From Eubacteriales bacterium (lineage in GTDB: Bacteria; Bacillota; Clostridia; Oscillospirales; CAG-382), in assembly GCA_045596605.1 (NCBI GenBank), contig JAZOCR010000143.1, forward strand, positions 3,743 through 67,742: a stretch of DNA of 64,000 bases, read 5' to 3'. The position numbers and the translations under genes are program-made. Under the pieces are notes generated by a model that saw nothing but the letters and a program-made list of their open reading frames with translations, did no database searches and had not been told where the DNA came from. Numbering within the stretch: position 1 is the stretch's first letter; the number at the start of each line of letters is the position of its first letter. Positions 39,050-47,613 of this stretch are shown one piece after another.

Positions 39050-40063
39050 TTAATTTATTGGTTTGAGATTATATTCGCTTTCGCCGGCATATTCGTCCCA
39101 GCCATCTGTAGCAGGGTCGTAGTAAATGGTCGGCTCTCCGAAATAATTGCTTTCTTCAGTAAACTCGGGACAGTCACCTATAAAGCGAAGCTCGATTTGC
39201 CACGCAGGAGAAGCGCTCTTTACTGTAAACGGCAACGGAGAAAATTTGGTTACACCCTCCGGAATAACTATTTCAACGTCTGATGTTATACCAAAGAAAG
39301 CATAGCCGTCTATTTCTTCTCTGCCTTTGTCAAATATGATTTTTTCAAGGCTTGGATTGTCATAAAATCTCGCCTCATCAACCGCCATAAGATTAAGTGT
39401 GGCAGGAATGTTTACGGTTTTAAGAGAAGTACATAAGCCGAAAGCACCTGCGCCGATTTCTGTAAGGTTTTTCGGCAAAGTAATCTCCGAAAGCACTGAG
39501 CACTCATAAAAGGCTTTTTCTCCTATCTCGTTTAGAGTTTCCGGCAGTTTTATTTCTTCGAGAGTTGAACACTTTGTAAAGGCAAGACCGTCAATCTGTT
39601 CGATTTGTGTCGTTGAAATATCAAGCTCCCGGAGTTTTTCGCAGTCCTCAAAAGCACAACCGCCAATAATTGTCAAATTTGAATTTTCAGGAATTGTCAC
39701 GTCTTCAAGTTCTTTACAGCCTTTAAAAGCACAATAACCGATTGACTTTACCGAATCCGGAATTACGATACTTTTTATATTGCAGTTTTCAAATGCGCCC
39801 TCGTTTACTGCATCGGGTGAGCTTTCGTCTTTAGCCCCTTTTATTGCAGTTACGGGAATACCGTCAATTTTTGCCGGAATAACCACGTTTTCTGATGTAC
39901 CTACGTACTTGTTTATATAAATAAATTTTCCGCTTTCAGATACTTCGTATTGAAAATCGCTTGCAGGATTTTCTGCAAGTGTTTTGTCAGACTGAGTGTC
40001 ACACCCCACAAAAGACGAAATAGTCATTATAAGAGTCAAAAGTAAAGAAATAGCAGTTTTCAT
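39050..40063 (-). CDS. BspA-type leucine-rich-repeat lipoprotein (paralogue 1)
   Basis: Start at MKTAISLLLTLIMTISSFVGC (lipobox) after AAAGGAG. Repeats follow the pattern IP.SV..IG..AF..C..L. A 13-bp-stem terminator lies at 39006-39043. Confidence 0.8.
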   Translation of the reverse strand: MKTAISLLLTLIMTISSFVGCDTQSDKTLAENPASDFQYEVSESGKFIYINKYVGTSENVVIPAKIDGIPVTAIKGAKDESSPDAVNEGAFENCNIKSIVIPDSVKSIGYCAFKGCKELEDVTIPENSNLTIIGGCAFEDCEKLRELDISTTQIEQIDGLAFTKCSTLEEIKLPETLNEIGEKAFYECSVLSEITLPKNLTEIGAGAFGLCTSLKTVNIPATLNLMAVDEARFYDNPSLEKIIFDKGREEIDGYAFFGITSDVEIVIPEGVTKFSPLPFTVKSASPAWQIELRFIGDCPEFTEESNYFGEPTIYYDPATDGWDEYAGESEYNLKPIN

Positions 40064-40095
40064 AAATATGCTCCTTTCAGGTGAAGTGAATTTGC

Positions 40096-41019
40096 TTACC
40101 AAATCTCAGCCGGGAATCCGTTCCAAGTTGGCGAAGTAAAGCCCTCAGCGCCCTTGTGAAAATACACAGTGAAATCTGAGGTGTATTCTTTGGAGCTATC
40201 TCTAAATGCATCGTCTATGGTTTCCTTTCCAAAAAGAAATTCTTCCGGCGCATTTCCTTCAAATTTTACGGTCTTTAAACCGCAGTTTATAAATGAATAC
40301 TTGGATAGTGATTCTACTGTTTTTGGAATAACAATTTCTGACAACCTAAGATTATGTGCAAAAGCTGCGTGCTGAATGGTTTTCAAGCCTTCGTTTAGTA
40401 TTACTTTTTCTAAATCATAACATCCACAAAAAGCTTGCATTCCAATTTCTTCTACTGTACTGGGCAATACAACCTTTTTAAGATTTGTTTCATAAAAAGC
40501 CTCTGCCGGAATACACTTAACTCCCTCTTTTAGCTCAACAGTTTCAAGCCCTGAACAGGAAAAAACTGCCCAACTATCAGTATTTAAACAATCCGAAGGA
40601 ATGGTGACATGCTTCAATGAAGTACAATAAGAAAACGCTTCTGCACCTATTTCTGTCAGCGACTTCGGCAAAACTACCTTTTCAAGACTTGTGCAAGATT
40701 CAAATGCACTTCCGCCGATGGTTTTTAATGTTTCCGGCAAAGTTACAGAAACAGTAACGGAATCCGGAGTGTCAAGTATTCGAAAATCAGACAGCTCCGT
40801 TACCGGCTTTCCGTCAATTTCAGCAGGCACAACTACGTGCTCAAAATCACCGGAGTAGTGAGTTATTGTGATTCCACCGTCTTCATTTTCTGTGTATCCA
40901 AAGTATTCAAGCGGAGTTTCGGGTAAGTCTTTTATGTTGCCGGATGTTTTATCACCACAGCCAACAAAGGATGAAATAGTCATTATTAATGTCAAAAGTG
41001 AAGAAATAGTAGTTTTCAT
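40096..41019 (-). CDS. BspA-type leucine-rich-repeat lipoprotein (paralogue 2)
   Basis: The signal peptide MKTTISSLLTLIMTISSFVGC and the 5' UTR are almost identical to those of the downstream paralogue. Same LRR pattern. Confidence 0.8.
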   Translation of the reverse strand: MKTTISSLLTLIMTISSFVGCGDKTSGNIKDLPETPLEYFGYTENEDGGITITHYSGDFEHVVVPAEIDGKPVTELSDFRILDTPDSVTVSVTLPETLKTIGGSAFESCTSLEKVVLPKSLTEIGAEAFSYCTSLKHVTIPSDCLNTDSWAVFSCSGLETVELKEGVKCIPAEAFYETNLKKVVLPSTVEEIGMQAFCGCYDLEKVILNEGLKTIQHAAFAHNLRLSEIVIPKTVESLSKYSFINCGLKTVKFEGNAPEEFLFGKETIDDAFRDSSKEYTSDFTVYFHKGAEGFTSPTWNGFPAEIW

Positions 41020-41127
41020 AAATATACTCCTTCCAGGGGAAAAATATGGTTATCTCTTTGAAAAAAATTATCCTTATTATAATAATACAGAATTGCTTCC
41101 GGGAAATCCACATATAAAAGCTACGCG

Positions 41128-42048
41128 CTAATTCTTGAAAGCCGCCTTTCGCCCGTCTACCGCCGTTTTTCTGAAAACCGTCGGCGTAGTGCCGGTGTAT
41201 TCTTCAAACTTGCGGCTGAAATGCTGATTGGTCTTAAAGCCGCATCGCATTGAGATGTCTTTTATCGGAAGGCTGGTAAACTCCAGATGCTTCTTGGCGA
41301 CGGTAATTCTGTATTGCCATAAAAATTCTATCGGAGTTACGTACAGCTCACTTTTAAAAAGCTGTGTCAGAGTAGAATGATTCATCGCCGATGCCTTGGC
41401 TATATTCTGCAAGGTAAGATTCTCGTGATAATGGCTTTCAATATAAATTACTGCATTTCTGAGGTGAGAATTTTTGATTTTGTTTGTAGGTGCCTCTGAA
41501 TTGTCTTGACCGATTATTCCGTACGCTCTTTCAAGAAGCAATATCATCTCCAGGAAATAGGAGCGGCTTCTGCAGGACCAATACCAGTCGTGCTGATTGT
41601 GAAGCTCGTTTTCAAGCTTCAGGAACAGCCTGTTCAGATTGTCGGTATATTCCTCAAATAGCGGAAAAACGAATCTGTTTTCATCTGTAAAGGGCCTGAG
41701 TAAAAACATATCGTGACTTGAAGCCACCTGCTCGTAATTATCACTATGTACCCTTTCAAAGGTCATATTTATATTAAGGAAAATCGGATGAAAATATATA
41801 GAATCGCATTTCAGATCAGATTTTCTGACAAGCTTTGGCTGCTCTCTTTCATCAAAGCAGACAAAGCAAGGTCCGATAGCCTCAAATACGAAATCTCCGA
41901 CCTGGAAATATGCACTTCCTTCATAAATGATCAACATTAAAAAACAATGCCCTTTTATATCAAGATCCCCAAGGTTATCATTTTTAACACACTGAACCGA
42001 TGCAATTTTTCCAATGTCAAATTCTCGTCCTACGGTTTGTGGTATCAT
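41128..42048 (-). CDS. AraC family transcriptional regulator
   Basis: C-terminal AraC HTH (CGFKTNQHFSRKFEEYTGTTP). I place the start at MIPQTV (42048) because a TTGAAC-17-TATAAT promoter and a GTGAGG RBS lie inside the longer track ORF. Confidence 0.8.
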   Translation of the reverse strand: MIPQTVGREFDIGKIASVQCVKNDNLGDLDIKGHCFLMLIIYEGSAYFQVGDFVFEAIGPCFVCFDEREQPKLVRKSDLKCDSIYFHPIFLNINMTFERVHSDNYEQVASSHDMFLLRPFTDENRFVFPLFEEYTDNLNRLFLKLENELHNQHDWYWSCRSRSYFLEMILLLERAYGIIGQDNSEAPTNKIKNSHLRNAVIYIESHYHENLTLQNIAKASAMNHSTLTQLFKSELYVTPIEFLWQYRITVAKKHLEFTSLPIKDISMRCGFKTNQHFSRKFEEYTGTTPTVFRKTAVDGRKAAFKN

Positions 42049-42256
42049 TTTATCGACCTCACTGTCTGTATTTTGATTTCTGAATACTATTATAGTGTAA
42101 ATTGTCTTTTTGTTCAATCTGATTTAAACATAATTTTAACAGCAGATAAAAACTTTTTATGGATAGATAATCCAAAGCGGAATATTTTTGATGCGCAAAG
42201 GGGAAACAGACTAATACTTATTGTGCTTACAAATAAGCGTAGATTTTTGTGAAAGT

Positions 42257-42382
42257 TTACATTTTGCGCTTTTTTTCCTTTTCCGGAAAACTTATTTCAA
42301 GCCCCAGCATTGACGCATAATCCGGATTACTTTTTATTTTGTTATATAGTTTAATTGCAAGTATTCTTGATTTTACGTTCAC
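42257..42382 (-). CDS. Candidate 41-aa small protein (below the ORF-track cutoff)
   Basis: On the reverse strand, GAGGTG lies 6 nt before the GTG at 42382. It encodes VNVKSRILAIKLYNKIKSNPDYASMLGLEISFPEKEKKRKM. A TATAAT-containing sequence lies upstream. No homology is known to me. Confidence 0.3.
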   Translation of the reverse strand: MNVKSRILAIKLYNKIKSNPDYASMLGLEISFPEKEKKRKM

Positions 42383-42547
42383 TTAAGGCACCTCTTTCTT
42401 AAAGTGCTTTTGTTTTTGGTGTCTGTATTATACAGTATCGCAAATAAAAAGTCTATAGCAAAAGGTGCAAAATTGACAGTTAAAATTTGACAAAAAGTGC
42501 AAAATAAGGATGATACAAGTAGCGTAAGGCGTTTTTCGGAATTAAGC

Positions 42548-43060
42548 TTAAGTGTTCCTAAAGGTATTGTATTTTTCAATGTTGATTTTTTCCGTAGCAA
42601 TCATTTGCTCCGTCCAGAGCTGAAGTGATTCAACCGTTACAGAGATGCGTTCAAGCTCTTTCTGAATATGTATGAAATCCCGAAGCTCGTCATCGTCAAT
42701 TACACCGTCTGCCGTAATTTCTATTAATCTCTCCTGACTTTTCTTCATAGAGTTAAGAGATGCAACCATAGATAAAATGATTTTTTCCAGATCGTTGATT
42801 TTTACTTCCGGAACATAGCTCTTTCCTATCTCACATTCCTTTGAGCAGAAGTGATTGCAAAGAGAGGGCATTTTGTATGCTTTTGAAAGAATCAAAACCT
42901 CTTCCGGATGTATTGGAAATTTGCCGTTTTCTATTCTTTCAAGACGCTCTGCTGTAAGAACGCCAAGCTTGTTTTCGGCTATGATATCGCAGACCTCATC
43001 CCGTGACAGCCCCAATTCGTTTCTTATTGTCTTATATGTGTTTTCCTTGCTTGTATTCAT
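42548..43060 (-). CDS. XRE-family HTH protein with a Cys-containing middle region and helical C-terminal domain
   Basis: HTH (IRNELGLSRDEVCDIIAENKLGVLTAERLERIENG). The start is probably the ATG at 43060 (MNTSKEN), 13 nt after GGAGG. The track TTG at 43099 has no RBS. Confidence 0.7.
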   Translation of the reverse strand: MNTSKENTYKTIRNELGLSRDEVCDIIAENKLGVLTAERLERIENGKFPIHPEEVLILSKAYKMPSLCNHFCSKECEIGKSYVPEVKINDLEKIILSMVASLNSMKKSQERLIEITADGVIDDDELRDFIHIQKELERISVTVESLQLWTEQMIATEKINIEKYNTFRNT

Positions 43061-43202
43061 ATTGTCTGCGTTGCCTCCAAAAATTACAAATTTATTCAAT
43101 ATTATTTAGTATTATATCATATATTCATACATATGTAAATAGCAAAGTCAATATTTTTATAGCTCCCAATTGCTTTTTGATATGTAACGTAATAACAAAA
43201 AT

Positions 43203-43231
43203 AAAGACGGCACCCTGTGATGCCGTCTTTT
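43203..43231 (-). terminator. Intrinsic terminator after rnpB
   Basis: Reverse strand: AAAGACGGCA-TCACAGGG-TGCCGTCTTT followed by a T-rich tail. Confidence 0.75.
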
Positions 43232-43232
43232 G

Positions 43233-43616
43233 TCTTGACCTGCCAGTAAGCCGTGTTCTGTATCTGGCAATCATCTATCTTGTCCTTACGTTACCGTAAG
43301 GCTCTGTGCCACTTGCGGCGAGCCGAGCAAGCTTTGCACCGGAACCGGTGCGTGCCACCTCGTGTTGCTTCGGATAGGGTTTACAGGAGTCCTGTGTTAC
43401 CATAGGACCCGGTGAGCTCTTACCTCGCCTTTCCACCCTTGGCTCTGCGAATGCTCGCTTTCATACCTCCATAAAGAAGTAGTAGCCGGTATATCTCTGT
43501 TGCACTCTCCCTGGGGTCACCCCCGGCGGACGTTATCCGTTATCCTGCTCTGTGAAGCACGGACTTTCCTCACTCAGACCAAAAAGGTCCTTTGCGCGAT
43601 TGCCTTGACAGGTCAG
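43233..43616 (-). ncRNA. rnpB: RNase P RNA
   Basis: The reverse strand contains GAGGAAAGTCCG, AGGGTGGAAAGGCGAGGTAAGAGCTCACCG, GTAAACCC, AGATAGATGATTGCC and ACAGAACACGGCTTAC in the canonical order. P1 pairs TGACCTGTCA (5' end) with TGGCAGGTCA (3' end). It has its own promoter and terminator. Confidence 0.92.
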
Positions 43617-43621
43617 AAAGT

Positions 43622-43650
43622 AGTATACCACGATTTTTTTAATATTTCAA
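43622..43650 (-). promoter_or_regulatory. Promoter of rnpB (TTGAAA-17-TATACT)
   Basis: Reverse strand: TTGAAA (43645-43650), 17-nt spacer, TATACT (43622-43627). The predicted start near 43615 matches the 5' end of P1. Confidence 0.65.
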
Positions 43651-43738
43651 GTACGCAGAGATTTTTTTTGATAATAAAGAAAAACTCCCGGAAAACCCTG
43701 TTTCCGGGAATAGTTTTTCAATATTCTCTTATGTAAAA

Positions 43739-44200
43739 TTACTTAAGGAAGGGAAGGCTTCTGATGATAACGGGTTCAACCGCCTTGCCCATACAAGCCT
43801 GAACGAGAGTGATGATCTGTACTACTCCGAGTACGCCCATTGCAATAACGCCAACTATCGGAACGATAATTGTCCAGCAAAGAATTGCTATAACAAGTCC
43901 GAGAGCCCAGCTTGTAACGAAGAACTTCATAGCCTGTCTTGCGTGGAAGTCAACGAAAGCGGAATTGGGTGCACAGATTTTTGCAACGAGTATACCGAGT
44001 ATGCTTGCAATGTAGGGAAGAAGTGCCCACACCTTGTTGTCGGAAATGTCCTTTGCGTCAAATTCTGCTGTGCGGTCGTGGGGGTTGTACTTGGGTGCGT
44101 AAGGCTGCTGCTGATAGCCGTTCGGCGCATAGCCCTGATTGGGGTTGGGGTTCTGGTAGTACTGCTGATTCTGCTGATTCTGGTTCTGCTGATTGTCCAT
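43739..44200 (-). CDS. DUF4870-like membrane protein with a Q/N-rich N-terminus
   Basis: The N-terminus MDNQQNQNQQNQQYYQNPNPNQGY is followed by 3-4 TM helices and the FHARQA motif typical of DUF4870 (from memory). Confidence 0.7.
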   Translation of the reverse strand: MDNQQNQNQQNQQYYQNPNPNQGYAPNGYQQQPYAPKYNPHDRTAEFDAKDISDNKVWALLPYIASILGILVAKICAPNSAFVDFHARQAMKFFVTSWALGLVIAILCWTIIVPIVGVIAMGVLGVVQIITLVQACMGKAVEPVIIRSLPFLK

Positions 44201-44294
44201 AGTTTCTCCTCCTGTGTTTTGCGAGTGCTGTTTTTATAGCAACGCATATTTGTTTTATATAATTTTCCCATCCGGGAATAATTACCCTTTCAAG

Positions 44295-44921
44295 TCAGAC
44301 TCCTTTTGTTGAAAGTCCTTTTTCAAAGTTATCTTTTGTTATTTCATAAACGTGTATAGTCTTGTATTCGCCCTTGACAAACATTGAATTGCGGTAAATT
44401 CCCTCAAGAGTCATACCAAGCTTTGCCATCACACGCATAGAGGCGTTGTTGCCCTCCATGAACTTTGCGCATATTTTTTCCGCACCAAAGCTTTCAAAAC
44501 AGAACTTCATCACAGTCTGAGCTGCCTCTGTTGCATATCCCTTTCCCCAGAATGAAGGTGAAAGAACATAGCCTATTTCAATGGAATTATCCTTTTCGTC
44601 AAAGGAGGTTATACCGCACGTGCCTATAAATTTTCCACTTTCCCTGTGGGTAAGTCCGAAGTCCCAGAAGGCACCGCTGTCGTATTTTTTCTGAAGAAGC
44701 TTTATGTACCGCTCTGTTTGCGTAATGCTTACGTGGGGTGTCCATAAAAGATATCGTGTTACCTCGGGAAGCCTTGAATACTCGTACATATCAGCCGAGT
44801 TTTCCGGGAGGATTTTTTTGTAAATCAGCCTCGTGCTTGAAAGCTCCGGAGGGGCCTTAAACACCTTTCGTATTTTTTCACCGAGAGTGTAGGGCATTTC
44901 TGTGCGGTGTCTTAAAAACAT
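44295..44921 (-). CDS. GNAT family N-acetyltransferase (RimJ/RimL-like)
   Basis: Acetyl-CoA-binding pattern WGKGYATEA, about 208 aa. A TTGCAT-17-TATAAT promoter lies about 80 nt upstream. Confidence 0.85.
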   Translation of the reverse strand: MFLRHRTEMPYTLGEKIRKVFKAPPELSSTRLIYKKILPENSADMYEYSRLPEVTRYLLWTPHVSITQTERYIKLLQKKYDSGAFWDFGLTHRESGKFIGTCGITSFDEKDNSIEIGYVLSPSFWGKGYATEAAQTVMKFCFESFGAEKICAKFMEGNNASMRVMAKLGMTLEGIYRNSMFVKGEYKTIHVYEITKDNFEKGLSTKGV

Positions 44922-45261
44922 AAATTAAATCTACTCCTTCGCAGAGTGCTTTGCCCTGCAAGGTATCGCAAGTGATGATCGCTCTCTGTTCTTTGTAATA
45001 TTATATCATATGTTCCACAAAAATGCAAGAGAAATATAACTAATTTAATAAATTAATCAAAGGAGCAAGTTTTTAAAACCACAGATTTATTACATAATTG
45101 CACATACCGTCTTTGAATGTATGTGCAGTATTGTAATCTTGATATGGTATTAAATTTTCACTTTGTACATGATAGAATTGTGTGGTTAAAAATTTAATCT
45201 CTATTGTTTCGGGAACTAAAGGGCGGTTATGCAAATCTTTGTGCGAGTTAAAGGGAGTTTT

Positions 45262-45326
45262 CAGAGGACTTGTCCTCTGAACGACTTCTTTTTGAATACT
45301 TTTTCTTTTCGCAAAGAAAAAGTATT
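45262..45326. repeat. Two stem-loops of the short intergenic motif set
   Basis: CAGAGGA-CTTG-TCCTCTG at 45262-45279, whose TCCTCTGAACGA is shared with 6099-6110. AATACTTTTTCTTT-TCGC-AAAGAAAAAGTATT at 45295-45326 is a 14-bp stem resembling 8127-8158. Confidence 0.6.
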
Positions 45327-45432
45327 ATTCTGATAAGTTTCGGCAGAACATAGCCTCCGTCAGGTCGGTCTGCATATAAAAAAGAGTGGTGCCCCAAAGG
45401 GCACCACACCACTCTACTTCAAAATATCAAAT

Positions 45433-46056
45433 TCACATCTCACGTCTGCCCTCAATAGCTTTAAAGAGGGTAAATTCATCAGCATATTCAAGGTCGCCGC
45501 CAACGGGAATGCCGTAGGCAAGACGGGTAACCTTGACTCCAAGAGGCTTTGCAAGCCTTGAAATGTACATAGCTGTCGCATCGCCTTCAACGGTGGGATT
45601 TGTCGCAAGTATAAGCTCGATTTCATCATCGCTTTCATTCTGAAGCTTTTCTATCCTTGAAAGCAACTCCCCGACGGTGATATCATCAGGACCTATTCCA
45701 TTCAGAGGCGATATAACGCCGTGAAGAACGTGGAAAGAACCCTTGTAGTCGTTTATGCGCTCAACCGCCGCAACGTCACGGGGGTCCTCAAGAACACATA
45801 TCTGACGCTTGTCACGTTCAGGGCTCGCACACACCGAGCATACTTCACTGTCGCATATGTTCTGGCAAACCGAGCATCTGCGTGTCTGTGCTTTTGCCGC
45901 CAGAAGTGCGTCGGAAAAAGCCTTAACCTCGGCATCACTCAGCGTCAGAACGTGAAAAGCGAGCCGGTATGCAGACTTTCTGCCCACTCCGGGAAGACTT
46001 CTGAACTTATCCGCAAGATTTTCCAGTGCGGGAACGTATTCTTTACCGCCCTGCAT
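45433..46056 (-). CDS. recR: Recombination protein RecR
   Basis: HhH (LPGVGRKSAYRLAF), a C4 zinc finger (CSVCQNICDSEVCSVC) and a Toprim domain. A terminator lies at about 45375-45416. Confidence 0.95.
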   Translation of the reverse strand: MQGGKEYVPALENLADKFRSLPGVGRKSAYRLAFHVLTLSDAEVKAFSDALLAAKAQTRRCSVCQNICDSEVCSVCASPERDKRQICVLEDPRDVAAVERINDYKGSFHVLHGVISPLNGIGPDDITVGELLSRIEKLQNESDDEIELILATNPTVEGDATAMYISRLAKPLGVKVTRLAYGIPVGGDLEYADEFTLFKAIEGRREM

Positions 46057-46059
46057 AGC

Positions 46060-46407
46060 TTAGAAAATTCCGGGCATTGAAATGCTGCCGGTAATCTTGT
46101 TCATTTCTTCGCTGTTGGTGTCTTCAACCGTCTTTATTGCTTCATTCACCGCCGCAACGATGGTGTCCTCAAGAGTTTCAATATCGTCAGGGTCAACTAT
46201 TTCTTCGGAAAGCTTAATAGAGAGAACCTCCTTCTTTCCGTTTATCTTAACGTTTACAGCACCGCCGCCCGCAGCAATGTCGTATTCTCTTGCGTCAAGC
46301 TCCGTCTGAAGCTGCTCCATATCCTGCTGCATCTTCTGTGCCTGCTTTATCATTGACTGCATATTCTGGGGGCCGCCGCCCATACCTTTTGGTAATCTTG
46401 CTTTCAT
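46060..46407 (-). CDS. ybaB: YbaB/EbfC family nucleoid-associated protein
   Basis: 115 aa with the typical MQ-rich N-terminus and AGGGAV..KI.G core. Lies 3 nt upstream of recR. Its own perfect TTGACA-17-TATAAT promoter is on the reverse strand at 46455-46483. Confidence 0.92.
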   Translation of the reverse strand: MKARLPKGMGGGPQNMQSMIKQAQKMQQDMEQLQTELDAREYDIAAGGGAVNVKINGKKEVLSIKLSEEIVDPDDIETLEDTIVAAVNEAIKTVEDTNSEEMNKITGSISMPGIF

Positions 46408-46526
46408 TTTCTTTATGTCCTTTCGAGTTTTGTTTTATTTTAATAAGCATTGTAATTATATCACAACCCATAAAACTTGTCAAGCGTTTGAACGTATAGG
46501 ATTTTGAGTAAATTTTCCCGAAAGAC

Positions 46527-46555
46527 TTGAAATATCAAAAGGAATATGCTATAAT
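46527..46555 (+). promoter_or_regulatory. Promoter of pnuC (TTGAAA-17-TGcTATAAT)
   Basis: TTGAAA at 46527-46532, 17-nt spacer, TATAAT at 46550-46555 preceded by TGC. Confidence 0.65.
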
Positions 46556-46561
46556 AAAGTC

Positions 46562-46711
46562 AAACCGTAGTGTTGCAGTGTTATTGATATTATGCCGCAC
46601 ACACTTATATCTCTGCCACCGGGTAGAAAAAATGCCAAGGCATTCGGCGTACATCGTTAGGTCTTAGAAGATGTGCGTGCGAATGCTTATTTTTTTAGAC
46701 AGGAGAAGATT
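46562..46711 (+). promoter_or_regulatory. pnuC leader with terminator/antiterminator alternative (candidate riboswitch or attenuator, class unknown)
   Basis: The terminator at 46640-46696 has a 16-bp stem with one bulge (GCATTCGGCGTACATC / GATGTGCGTGCGAATGC) followed by TTATTTTTTT. AATGCC (46631-46636) can instead pair with GGCATT (46639-46644), sequestering the terminator 5' arm. Confidence 0.5.
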
Positions 46712-47428
46712 ATGAAAAGAATAAAATCCCATATCGGCTATTTTACAAAAGGAGAGCTTATGCTATGGTGCTCTTCGGTGCTGCTTATACTTGCTGCATT
46801 TTTATTGTTTGACAGAGAAAATCACCTCACACTTGCAGCATCGCTTATAGGCGTAACTTCACTTATTTTCTGCGCTAAAGGAAATCCGATAGGGCAGGTG
46901 CTTATGCTGATGTTCAGTGTCATATATGGCATAATTTCTTATTCCTTTACATATTACGGAGAGATGATAACCTACCTTGGAATGACGGCGCCGATGGCAG
47001 TATTTTCTCTTGTAAGCTGGCTTCGTCACCCCTTTAAAGGAAAAAGGTCAGAGGTTGAGGTGAATAAGATTTCCGTAAAGGAAATGGTTTTCGCTCTCGT
47101 ACTTACAGCTCTTGTTACCGTAGCTTTTTATTTTATTCTCCGCTACTTCAATACCGCAAACCTTTTCCCAAGCACTGTTTCCGTAACAACAAGCTTTTTT
47201 GCCGTTTATCTGACGTTCAGACGCAGTGAATATTATGCTCTTGCCTATGCTGCAAACGACGTCGTGCTGATAATTTTATGGATACTTGCCACCGCTGAAA
47301 ATATATCCTATCTGTCGGTAATTATTTGTTTTATCGTTTTTCTTGTAAATGACCTTTACGGATATTATAATTGGCACAGAATGAGAAGAAAGCAAGCAGA
47401 AAAAGTCTCGTATATGGATGTAAAATAA
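46712..47428 (+). CDS. pnuC: Nicotinamide riboside transporter PnuC family protein
   Basis: About 7 TM helices and PnuC-like segments (LIGVTSLIFCAKGN, WLRHPF). AGGAG lies 6 nt before the ATG at 46712. Confidence 0.85.
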   Translation: MKRIKSHIGYFTKGELMLWCSSVLLILAAFLLFDRENHLTLAASLIGVTSLIFCAKGNPIGQVLMLMFSVIYGIISYSFTYYGEMITYLGMTAPMAVFSLVSWLRHPFKGKRSEVEVNKISVKEMVFALVLTALVTVAFYFILRYFNTANLFPSTVSVTTSFFAVYLTFRRSEYYALAYAANDVVLIILWILATAENISYLSVIICFIVFLVNDLYGYYNWHRMRRKQAEKVSYMDVK

Positions 47429-47613
47429 CACTTCTTTCAAATTTTATGCCGAAAGTGTATGATAATTGTAAATTATTGTAAATAATGCAAAAATTGTTAT
47501 ATACAAAACGGAAAAAGTATGTTATAATGAATCGGGATAATGTGCATAAGATTTTGCGAGCATGACAGCGTACTTAATTATGCACCATATTTTCGGAAAG
47601 GAATGATGTCTTC

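Noticed and set aside
43500-43736. ORFs overlapping the rnpB locus (43003-43299 and 43500-43736)
   Set aside because: The region is fully explained by RNase P RNA on the opposite strand, with its own promoter and terminator.
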